NCBI GenBank assembly: GCA_010015585.1
Contig: ML975152.1
Strand: one strand, 5' to 3'
Length of the DNA: 20,000 nt
From: Eremomyces bilateralis CBS 781.70
Lineage: Eukaryota
Shown: piece after piece, positions 1-9,196 of the stretch
How the letters are laid out: every line of letters starts with the position of its first letter
Numbering within the stretch: the stretch's first letter is position 1
The notes under the pieces: model-generated
Database searches by the model: none
What the model saw: only the letters and a program-made list of their open reading frames with translations
What the model was told of the DNA's origin: nothing
Made by a program: the position numbers and the translations under genes

Positions 1-2
1 AA

Positions 3-1883
3 CGAAAGTTTCCACGTCCTATGTATGGAGACTCGGCTCGATACAAACCATCTAGACCGCCTTCTCCGGAATTGACGTCGAATCTCGATTGTGCATTTCC
101 GCCTTTCCCCAACAACCGCAATCCCCAGCAACGTTCACCAGAACGGAATGCGAAGCCGACTCCATTGACTCTGCGGCAGCCTTCAGTTAATCCGGACCAT
201 CTTGCTCCGTTAAGTCCACGGCTGAACGGTGGAATGTCTGTCATGAAGCGGATGGATACCATTGCACCCGGCCCATTCGGTAGCAAGACTGGGAAGGAGG
301 AGGAGAAACCACAGGCGCCTAGTGAACCCAACTCTGGTCACCGGCGAAATGCGACTCTTGGAAGCACGAAGCATGCCCATCGCACTTCAACCAGCAGCGT
401 GCAATCTTTCCTGACCAGGTCTTCTACAACAAAGTCGGAAAAGTCTGGCACTTCCGTATTATCCAACCACCTCGACGATGCTCCACAGCCGCTCGTATGG
501 AGGAGTTCATCTTTCCCTACGAAGCCGTTCGACGGCAACTCAGATTCCAACAATGTGTCGAATCCGAACAACCTCCACCGACCCCAGCCGCCCCCTAGAT
601 CACAAACATTTCCTTTACAACAATCCGGCGAATCTGAAAAAGCCTCTTCAATTCCTCCCCGCCCTCGTCGGCCATCTGAACTGTCTAACAACCCCTATCG
701 CCCATTTCAAGCAATTATGCCTGAGGGTAACGATGACCCAGCCTTGCAAGGGATGCAACCCCAGACAGCCCCCAATGGCTCATATAGACAACCTAGTGGT
801 TCAAATGGGCCACAGGCACCCAGGGCTGCCAGCCGTAACGGTATACGGATGGATCCTCGATTAGAGAATGCCCCACCTGTCCCCCCGGCACCAGCATCAC
901 ATGATCGTTTGAAATACGGTCACTCCACCTCCGATTCTTCATCATCGGACGGACTGAGCTCTACCTCCGACAGCAGAAGCCAAAGTTCAAGGTCAAGCCC
1001 GCCTGGGTCCGAGCCGGATGGCTGGTCTCGACGCCCCTCGAAAGATGACAGTTACAATCCATACTCCGGCAGCAATGTGGGTAGCCAAGACCCGCCTCTT
1101 CGATTCGGAAAGCAGACCGGTATGGATCGACCGAATGTTCCACGACCGCTGAATACTACGCCACCTGCAGAGGACCTCCCTTCTCCGTGCCTTGAGTCAC
1201 CAATGGATCCTGCCATCCAGCCAGGGCTAGGGACCAGAAATTTTGGGTATCAGTCGCGAAATGCATCCCCTTCCGCAACTGGGCGAAACCCCAGTGTGTC
1301 CCGCAATTCGTCAACAATATCAAATGGCAGAACCCTAAAGAGACGCCCTACGAACAAAGGCGATTGCCGCGGCTGTGGGGCTCCAATCTTCGGCAAATGC
1401 GTCAAGGCTGCGGACGGGCGGCTGACGGGACGCTATCACCGCGAGTGTGAGTTATTACGGACTTATCTGCCGTATATTCCGCGTCATACTGATTTGTTGA
1501 AAATAGGCTTCACATGCAGGACTTGCACCCAACCGTTTACGGATGGTTCGTTTTACGTCCTCGAGGATCATCCCTATTGCGGATTCCACTACCACAAACT
1601 CAACAACTCCCTCTGCGTGGCTTGCAATTCCGGAATCGAAGGGCTATACCTCTCGACGGATGAACGCACAAAGTTCCACCCCGGCTGTTTTACCTGCACG
1701 AGATGCCACGTCGCTCTCAAGGACGACTATTTCGAAGTCGCCGGAAGCGCGTACTGCGAGCCTCATGCTTTTGCGGCCGTGAACCGTGGAGGCCGACCCG
1801 GTGGTGGCTTCACAGCCGGCCCGTCGGTTCTAGGTCCGGGAGTGAAGGCCCAACGGAGGACGACGAAGCTGATGATGATATGA
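3..1883 (+). CDS. PXL1: Paxillin-like protein with two C-terminal LIM domains (Pxl1/PaxA type); 5'-partial; exons <3..1446 and 1507..1883
   Basis: Frame is open from position 3, so the true start is probably upstream of the window. Long Pro/Ser-rich region, then CRGC..H..CFTCRTC..C..H and CVAC..H..CFTCTRC..C..H LIM zinc-finger patterns, and a basic RRTTKLMMI tail. Removing intron 1447..1506 (GTGAGT..CTGAT..TAG) restores YHRECFTC. Confidence 0.85.
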   Translation, partial: RKFPRPMYGDSARYKPSRPPSPELTSNLDCAFPPFPNNRNPQQRSPERNAKPTPLTLRQPSVNPDHLAPLSPRLNGGMSVMKRMDTIAPGPFGSKTGKEEEKPQAPSEPNSGHRRNATLGSTKHAHRTSTSSVQSFLTRSSTTKSEKSGTSVLSNHLDDAPQPLVWRSSSFPTKPFDGNSDSNNVSNPNNLHRPQPPPRSQTFPLQQSGESEKASSIPPRPRRPSELSNNPYRPFQAIMPEGNDDPALQGMQPQTAPNGSYRQPSGSNGPQAPRAASRNGIRMDPRLENAPPVPPAPASHDRLKYGHSTSDSSSSDGLSSTSDSRSQSSRSSPPGSEPDGWSRRPSKDDSYNPYSGSNVGSQDPPLRFGKQTGMDRPNVPRPLNTTPPAEDLPSPCLESPMDPAIQPGLGTRNFGYQSRNASPSATGRNPSVSRNSSTISNGRTLKRRPTNKGDCRGCGAPIFGKCVKAADGRLTGRYHRECELLRTYLPYIPRHTDLLKIGFTCRTCTQPFTDGSFYVLEDHPYCGFHYHKLNNSLCVACNSGIEGLYLSTDERTKFHPGCFTCTRCHVALKDDYFEVAGSAYCEPHAFAAVNRGGRPGGGFTAGPSVLGPGVKAQRRTTKLMMI

Positions 1884-2606
1884 TTCATTCACGGTCGTCC
1901 GTTGATGTTCAACATCATCTCGCCACCTTGATATGATGGTCATTGGGTGATCATGGCTTACGCATAACCTTTTCGATTCATTTGAATCATTCAGACGGCG
2001 CGGGTCACTCCTACGCTGCCCTTTCCACATCCCAGCCTTCGATTGAGGCTTCGGCTGACGGACACATGATTGCTTAATCCATGGCCATGGATATTTCTTA
2101 ATATGTGATACCCCGGGGGCGGCGTACTTTGCATTCGGAATTTAGCCCCATTCAGCTTCCGGCTGGATTCGGGACATTGCCAGATATAGTTGGGACACTG
2201 GCCATTTAACAATGTGTAGTAATCTGGCTGGAAAGGGGTTTGACATGAGTGAATTAGGGTCAGCAGGCTAAGGCGGCAAGATCCAGCCCTATCAACACCC
2301 GAGATTAATGTATATAATGTGTAGTACAGCAGCTACGAAATATCCAAAGGCTGTTTGCGAAGACCTGATGTCATTTGTAGAGTCGCAAGTGTTAATCCCA
2401 ACGGTCGGTGAAGGACACAAATCGCAATTGTCGGAAAGTCTCGAAAGGTCGACCGAAAGGTCCTGCGACCGACCACCAAGCTCCGGATGGGCTGGTTCTT
2501 CATTTTGCGCTATCACTATCGTACAAGGGGAGATGCCGAACGTCCGTCCAAATATCCAGAGTCCTTGATTAAAACGCCGCAGCTCACCCGATTCCCCTGA
2601 GCGTGC

Positions 2607-3008
2607 CTATTGTCCCGGAGCTCCGCCCTTGTCCGCCATCTGCTGGTTAAGCTCCTGGAATCGCGCGGTCAGGCGTTCCGAGGCCTTTTGGCGTTTGTCG
2701 AGACATCGCATGAGGCAGCCTTCCTCGCGGGATTGGATCGATTTAGTGGAGAAGTCGTTGATACATTCGTCGAAGCAGCCTTGGAGGAGGTTTTGGTATG
2801 TCTAGGAGCAAGTCGGTTAGCATCGAGGTCTTCTGGATACAACTGCAATTTGGGAATTATGATGTCCACATACGGTCAGCATCTCGCGCATCTGCTTCCT
2901 CTCCAGCCTCGAGTTCAACTCCCTCTGCTCCGTATCATTGAAGCTACAGAAGGAGGTAAGTCGAAGAATGAGTGACGCGTTGCAATTGAGATCTTACTTC
3001 ATGTTCAT
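2607..3008 (-). CDS. TIM9: Mitochondrial intermembrane-space small Tim chaperone Tim9, 91 aa; exons 3008..2998, 2943..2874, 2801..2607
   Basis: Manual splicing (introns 2997..2944 GTAAGA..TAG and 2873..2802 GTATGT..CTAAC..TAG) gives MNMNFNDTEQRELNSRLERKQMREMLTTYQNLLQGCFDECINDFSTKSIQSREEGCLMRCLDKRQKASERLTARFQELNQQMADKGGAPGQ. It has the twin CX3C motif and the Tim9-like ERKQM..CF.DC.NDF..K...REE.C..RC.DK pattern. Confidence 0.93.
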
Positions 3009-3190
3009 CTTGGGTTAGAGGGGCTCTATGCTGAACCGCTAGCGTAGAAGATATTTAATGTGGGAGTTTAGGTGGTATCGTGGTTGGATTGTATGTGCAA
3101 TGATGGATGATTCAATGGAGTTGCAGACAGATGTTTTTCTGAACGGAGACACATCCTGAACCCCCGACGACGTCAAGTTCCGCCAAACCG

Positions 3191-3253
3191 GATTGGCTAC
3201 CAGAAGCCAGAATGGCACGTGCTTCAGAGCTTCGTGTCACGACAGTCACGTGA
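3191..3253. promoter_or_regulatory. Putative TIM9 promoter elements: CCAAT box and two CACGTG E-boxes
   Basis: ATTGG 3192-3196 (CCAAT on the minus strand), CACGTG 3216-3221 and GTCACGTGA 3245-3253, 180-245 bp upstream of the TIM9 ATG. Motif match only. Confidence 0.4.
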
Positions 3254-3527
3254 TCTGTACTGATCAGGATGCTCTATTAACATAGGAGTGATAGGACTGA
3301 TATTAGCCAAGTCAAATTCTGAATGGTCATCAGCCCTGGTATGGTGATAAAAATGTTCTCGATATACTTCATCGAAGGATGAATATCTGAAATGAGATGA
3401 AATCAAACACCCCTGTTTTCGGTGCGCATTTGTCAAGCTTGCACTGGACGACCAACAATGTTTTTGCTTGAAAATATATATCTAGATCCCGTCTATATGT
3501 ATGGTTTCGGTTTTAGAAACCTCATAT

Positions 3528-4741
3528 TCAAAGACGTGGCCGATCATCTTCGTTCACGAGCGCGTAGCGATATCGCGCCTTGCCATCTTCCATATCAACC
3601 ACCACCTGATTGGCATCTGCCATCTTTCTCTCCTCCACCCAAGCCTTCACATTCTTGTCCGCCGCAAGCTGAAGCATTTCCCGAATCTCTCCTGGCGATC
3701 CGATGGAGGAGCCGCCGAGGTAAATTCCCGCGCCGAGCAAATCGAAAGCACCGATCGCTGGCATGTTCCCTTCGGGGGCTCCCACCTGGACGAACTTGCC
3801 CCCCGTTCGGAGCAGTCGCAGATACTTTTTCAAAGGCATATTATTGCTCGAGACCGTGCAGATGATGAGATCCAGCGTTCGGAAATTGGCGCGGACCCAG
3901 CTCGGATCGTCATCCGTGGCGATGTAGGCGTCAGCACCGAGGGCCAGAGAGTCCTGCTCTTTCGCTTTCTTGCGGGATATTCCGACGATTTTGCTGGCGC
4001 CCAGTGCTTTGGCCCAAAGGATCGCGAAATGTCCCAGACCGCCTACGCCAACGACCCCCACCGCCTTTCCCGGCCCGCAGCCATTCCGCTTCAGCGGAGC
4101 ATATGTGGTGATGCCTCCACACAGCATCGGAGCCACATCCGCGCTCCGGAGACCATCGGGGATCTTGAACACGAAGTGTCCTGGCACTCGCGAATAGGTT
4201 GCGTAACCTCCGTACGATTTGTCGCCATTCTGATGCTTGCTGTTGTAGGTGTCCGTCGTCCCATTACGACAATGGTTCTCCAGGCCGGCTGAACATTCCT
4301 CGCAAGGGCCTTTACGGTTCCGGCAGCTGTCAGATTGGGCGCCGACCCCGACGCGGTCGCCGACAGCGACATGCTTGACCTGGGAGCCGACTCGGACGGC
4401 ACGGCCGACGATTTCGTGGCCGACGACGCAAGGGTAGTCGGTGGGGCCCTGGGTTCGGTCTGGTTAGCAAACGCTCATTTGCTGTGGGTGTTGAGGGGTA
4501 TGGAAACACACCCAGCCTGATGAGAGATAGTTAGTAAGACTGTATCGGATACGCTAGGGGAACAGGATGACATACCGCTGCGCAGAGTATGTATATCTGA
4601 CCCACAGACTCCGCAGTGAGTGACCTTAATGTCCACGTCCGTCTCCTCCCAGGCTTTTGGCTGGAACTCCTTCCAGACCATCTTGCCATCAGCGGCGGAC
4701 TTGTCGACACCAACCCATCCTTCGAATTTGTAGTCCGACAT
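3528..4741 (-). CDS. NADP-dependent zinc-binding alcohol dehydrogenase (MDR superfamily, cinnamyl-ADH / yeast Adh6-Adh7-like), 363 aa; exons 4741..4576, 4516..4512, 4448..3528
   Basis: CGVCGSD (catalytic Cys), GHEIVG, GDRVGVGAQ, four structural-zinc Cys (SC..GPCEEC..ENHC), PMLCGGIT, Rossmann GVGGLG, C-terminal GKARYRY. Introns 4575..4517 (GTATGT..CTAAC..CAG) and 4511..4449 (GTGTGT..CTAAC..CAG) give one continuous frame of 1092 nt. Confidence 0.95.
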
Positions 4742-4937
4742 GTTTGATGGTTCCAATGGCTGGGCGTGTGACAATTGGGGTGTATGATTGAGCAGCGAAG
4801 GTTTTTAAATCCCAATGAATGAAAAGAAAAGATGCTACCAAAGTACTAATATCAAATATTCGTCATATCATCCGATACAAGTTCTCTTCCGAATGCTAGG
4901 GTCCGTAAGGATTCAGAATAGGGCGTCCTCGGCGGAT

Positions 4938-4950
4938 GTGGGGACCCCAG
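4938..4950. promoter_or_regulatory. Inverted pair of SYGGRG (CreA/Cre1-type) sites upstream of the alcohol dehydrogenase
   Basis: GTGGGG-A-CCCCAG: one SYGGRG match on each strand separated by 1 bp, about 200 bp upstream of ATG 4741. Confidence 0.4.
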
Positions 4951-5577
4951 GTAGGTATCCAAATTCCAATATCCTCGGATGAGCAATATGAGCGACGTGA
5001 CCGATTGAGCGTGTCCCTCATCCTAACCGTCTCGTCCTGCTGTCGGGCCGAAGTTTGTTCAGGGATGCGGGAACAGGCACAGCTTCTTGCCTTGCCATGC
5101 TGTACACACTTGATACAGGACCACCGGGCTGTACCTGTTATCAGTTATGTACCGGTAAGTATGCCATTTGTGCAGTCAACTTCGGATTGATGCAACAGGA
5201 TGTTTGTGACTTTGTGGTCTGTGCCGGTGCGACGTTGTGTTGGTCTGTTGGACGTTGCAGATCCAATGCAGCTCTGGTGGGGAATATCACCAAACAGCCT
5301 CACAGTCAACGCAGAACCTAAACTTCCACTATCCACATGAACCTCACGCTGAACATGAACATGAAGTGAAATGCCCACAGTATAGGAACATCCAGAGACC
5401 AGAAAGGAACCCCGACCTCAACTCACACTAATAGCTACGGCCCAACTACAACCTTTGGCTAGAGGTATGACTTGAGACTTTTATACCCACGCCGCACCAC
5501 TCTAGAACCGTTGATCAGCTCCCCTGAGAGCTTCATCGGAGCTGCTTCATGACAATATCCCTTCGTAACCTTTCAGG

Positions 5578-6861
5578 ATGGCTACTCTCGATAGCTCTAT
5601 GGCCTCACAAGGTCATCCAATTCACAAAATAAACGACATAATATCTACCTTCCGACCAACCAAAGTCCGTTAGCCGCTCACTTTCCTCTCCTCCATCTCA
5701 TTGTGCGCCTCGAAGACTGACATCATATAGCGATTCCGACCCGACGACCAGAAAACCTCAGTAACTTCCCTCGATTTCGACGACACGGGCGAACTCGCCA
5801 TCATTGCCCGGAACGATGACACCCTCCAAATATACAACTGCAAGGAAGGGAAACATGCCAAAGAACTCAAGTCCCAGAAGTATGGAGTCCACCTTGCACG
5901 CTTTACACACCACGCCCAGAGTATCTTGTACGCCTCAACGAAGGTTGACGATACCATCCGATACCTATCGACCCACGACAACAGCTATATCCGTTACTAC
6001 AGAGGGCATACTGCGCCGGTTACATGTATAACGCTGTGTCCGTCGAGCGACACGTTCATGTCATGTTCGCTCGATGACACGGTGCGCCTGTGGTCTTTAA
6101 ACAGCCAAAACGCCCAAGGGATTCTGAAGCTCCGCGCCCCCAGTCTCGCTGCCTATGATCCTTCGGCCTCTGTCATTGCCGTCGCGTCGCCCTCATCGCA
6201 AACCGTGCTCCTGTACGACCTGAGAAACTACGACAAACCACCGTTCGCCAGTTTCGATCTGGGGGGCCTAGAGAGACGGTTATTATCACCGCAGAGCTCT
6301 CACCAGAAGTCATTGAGCGACTGGACCAAAATCGAGTTCACGAACGACGGTAAGAGTATCCTCGTCGGAACCGCCGGCGCCGGGCATTTCTTAATCGACG
6401 CCTTCGACGGCTCCCTCCGCCATTTCCTCGCCAAAGCCGGCTCGGGCTCCCTCCGCACCCCTCCATCCGCGACCCCTTCCTCATCGGCCAATTCTACCAG
6501 CGACGCCCAAGCCCGCCCTGCGCTAGGCCAAGGCGACATCTGCCTCTCTCCCGACGGCCGCTATGCCATCGGTGGCTTTGGCGCCGATCCGCGCGCTTCG
6601 TCGATTCTCGGCGGTGCTGGGGCGCAAGGATCGAGCGGCGCGGGTGCGGGCGCGCACAATAACCCGGGGCAAGAGGGCGGGGGATTGCTGGTGTGGGATT
6701 TGCACAGCGCGCAGACGGAGGACCGCATATTGCGTCCGTCCGCTGAGCTTCCCGGTCCCGGTCGGCAAGAGGTGGTGGGTTATAACCACCGGATGAACCT
6801 CATTTGTAGCGCCGACAAGGACATGTTGATCTGGTTGCCAGATGGGGAGTTGGCCCCTTGA
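5578..6861 (+). CDS. SWD2: WD40-repeat COMPASS/Set1C and CPF subunit Swd2 (WDR82 homologue), ~405 aa; exons 5578..5664, 5731..6861
   Basis: Spliced product has TFRPTK|RF..VTSLDFDDTGE..SQKYGVHLARFTHH..YASTKVDDTIRYLSTHDNSYIRYYRGH..SLDDTVRLW..LYDLRNYDKPPF, the Swd2/WDR82 signature. Intron 5665..5730 (GTCCGT..CTGAC..TAG), phase 0. Alternative start ATG 5599. Confidence 0.93.
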
Positions 6862-7219
6862 TGAATTGCACCTGCAGGCAATAAGGATTGTGGTAGGAAA
6901 TAGCAATTTTATTCCAGACACCTATCTATTCCATGAACCGACGAGATCGCGAAGAGCATATTTTATGCGATTAATCCTTCCTATGCTTTGAGTATGATTC
7001 ATAAGTCATTGTCATCGTAGCATGCTCTTGTTTGATGTTTCCGTAACCGTCGTCAAGAACCCCTCGCATGATCTGTCTCGGAATGAACGCCGTGTTCGCC
7101 TAATGCCCAATAGTTACAGTCAAGTCACAAGATATACAATCGCTAGATGAATGCTGTTTAAATCCCAAAAGCATGAACGCTCATTAAATCAGACAGAAAT
7201 TGAGGGCCGGTAGACCCTT

Positions 7220-8519
7220 TCATGCTAGATTTTCTCCTTTCTCGGGTTTCTTGTGTAGCTGCATCATGTCGCGAATGGCAGCCTGAGGGTCCCAATCTGG
7301 GAGCTCCCAGACTTTGGTCTTGTTTTCGTCCCAATGGTACCGGGAATCATTTGCCTTCTTTTGAGCTTCATGAAGCCAGTCGTCCCACGCCGTCGTCTGC
7401 GGGGCGGCATTGTCAAGTCGCACCCAATCGATGCTCTTCGTGGCCACGATGGCCTTCCAAAGCGCGCAGGTGAAGGTCTCATTGTGGTCGACGAAATGTT
7501 TATTGTTCTGGGAGTTTTCAAACCGTTGGTCGCTGACTTCGAAACATGTTAGGTCCCAGTGGACTTTGGCAGGGAGGGCCGCCACGATCCAGTATGCGGC
7601 GTTCAAGACGATATACGCCGAACCGAAGGCGATCTGCTGATAGATGTCGGCATTGGCAAGGCACACGACACCCATCATGAGCATGAGCGTGCCGATCAAC
7701 GACATGATTCGATATTTCCATGGATGGGTGACCAGGTATTCGATGTTCTCGGGAGCGAAGTAGAGTTCCCGGGCCACATCTTCGTCGCATTCGACCACCA
7801 GGAAACTTCCTTTCGGATACCGAATCACCACGTTGCCGGGTGGCGTGTGCTCCGACGGGTCTTTTCGAGCGGGAAGTTTCAACTCCCACTTGTTTCCGAC
7901 GCCGATCAAGGTGGAGAGAAAGGCGAGGAGCATGATCGAGACAAAGCCAAATCCGTCTCGATGATATATAGCCAAGACGATGAGCACGATGGCTTCGGCA
8001 CATCCCAAGAGGATAACAACGGAAAGGGGGCCAACGGTTCGGGCTTTGACGAGGTTTTTGTTGGCTCGGCGGATCTGTACGCAGCGGACGGTATATTCTG
8101 GCATATCTTCGGCGTCACTGGAGTGCGTGGCAGCTGTCAGTAATGGTTCTAAGAAGGAAGGCCAACTCTCTTTGCCGCCCTGCCACAAACGAACGAGGAA
8201 GTGTCGATACTAACATTACAACATGTCCGATATGTCCTACTCGTTCAACATGGTTGCCCGAATACACTGCGGTTACCCGCCCCGGGTTACTCTCCAGCTT
8301 GCTCGGACGAGTCGGCCGCAGCAACGCCTGAGGAGCCGGGAGAAGTCGAGGGATATATTGCATCCGCGACAGGGTTGCAACCTGAGCATTGGCAAGAATG
8401 GAACCCTCCCCAAGGATGGCGAGAAACCCGACGATGTCCAGCTGTACGTTGTCCAGGAACGACCCTTCCAAAAAGACGAAGGTGCCGTCCATGCTGATGT
8501 TCTTGTTATTGCCGTCCAT
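7220..8519 (-). CDS. Uncharacterised fungal multi-pass membrane protein, ~400 aa; exons 8519..8215, 8117..7220
   Basis: Two long ORFs joined in frame by intron 8214..8118 (GTTAGT..ACTGAC..CAG), junction GHVVI|DAED. Two pairs of hydrophobic segments (LSVVILLGCAEAIVLIVLAIY / FGFVSIMLLAFLSTLIGVG and IMSLIGTLMLMMGVVCLA / IAFGSAYIVLNAAYWIVAAL). No family recognised; start codon uncertain. Confidence 0.8.
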
Positions 8520-9167
8520 CCTCCGAACCGACCTGGAATCGACGGGGCCGAAGACGAGAAGCAACCATATAAGGATGAAGGGGTCGACAATTCAGGAGCA
8601 TAGCATGTGTCCAACTTCGAGATAGTATCGATACCAAAGTTCAATATACGATCCTTCTGATCACAGATACGGAGCGCACGACCAGCATCGTTTTGTAAGA
8701 AGAGCAATGCGGCTCTTCGCAAAGAGCGTACGTCAACCAGTGGCAATGTTCGGGCAGTGAAAGCAAAATCTGTCCAGGCTGAAAGGTTGGAAGAGCGCGG
8801 ATCGTGCAAGAGAGTTGGAGGCGCAGTGCAGTACAATGCAACATTCGTAGAGCGGATAGAAGCTACAGAGCGGACTGGATGGGATATGAATTCTATAGCT
8901 AACCTAAGCATTGTAATAATACCTCTGGTAGCACCGTAGCAGGCTAGCTCGATGTTGGCTTATTTCAATTCTGTCTAAGTTGGGGTTGCCTGGATTCCTC
9001 CCTATCCTAGCGATTCGTTGTCATGCAAGAGGTTTGACCGGCGAGACGCCCGGCCGCAATCCTCATGCATCTGCCCCTAAACAGACCACGGGCGGGGCAG
9101 TGCTGAAGGTTCCCGCCCTTAGTCTGCTGCATCAATTGCGGGCGCCTGGCTGTCTGGCAACTAGCAA

Positions 9168-9196
9168 GTGAGGAATGAGGAGTGAGGAAGTGAGGA
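9168..9196. repeat. Short degenerate tandem repeat, four copies of TGAGGA
   Basis: TGAGGA at 9169, 9176, 9183 and 9191 (7-8 nt period). Confidence 0.7.

Noticed and set aside
2077..2092. Perfect 16-bp palindrome ATCCATGGCCATGGAT
   Set aside because: About 0.3 such palindromes are expected by chance in 20 kb (20000/4^8), and there is no supporting context.
2365..2465. Hammerhead-like CTGATG..GAAA elements
   Set aside because: The core reads CTGATGT rather than CTGANGA, and I could not build the three helices.
2610..2975. 121-aa plus-strand ORF and 66-aa minus-strand ORF 2669..2869
   Set aside because: Antisense or out-of-frame shadows of the spliced TIM9 gene.
3258..3335. Box C/D snoRNA-like CTGATGA..CTGA on the minus strand
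   Set aside because: Non-consensus box C (C rather than purine) and no rRNA-complementary guide that I could recognise.
3501..4292. 263-aa plus-strand ORF
   Set aside because: Antisense shadow of the alcohol dehydrogenase exon 3; no recognisable motifs.
7559..8911. ORFs 7559..8143 (+), 8223..8603 (+) and 8273..8911 (-)
   Set aside because: They overlap the membrane-protein gene antisense or in another frame, with shadow-like composition and no motifs.
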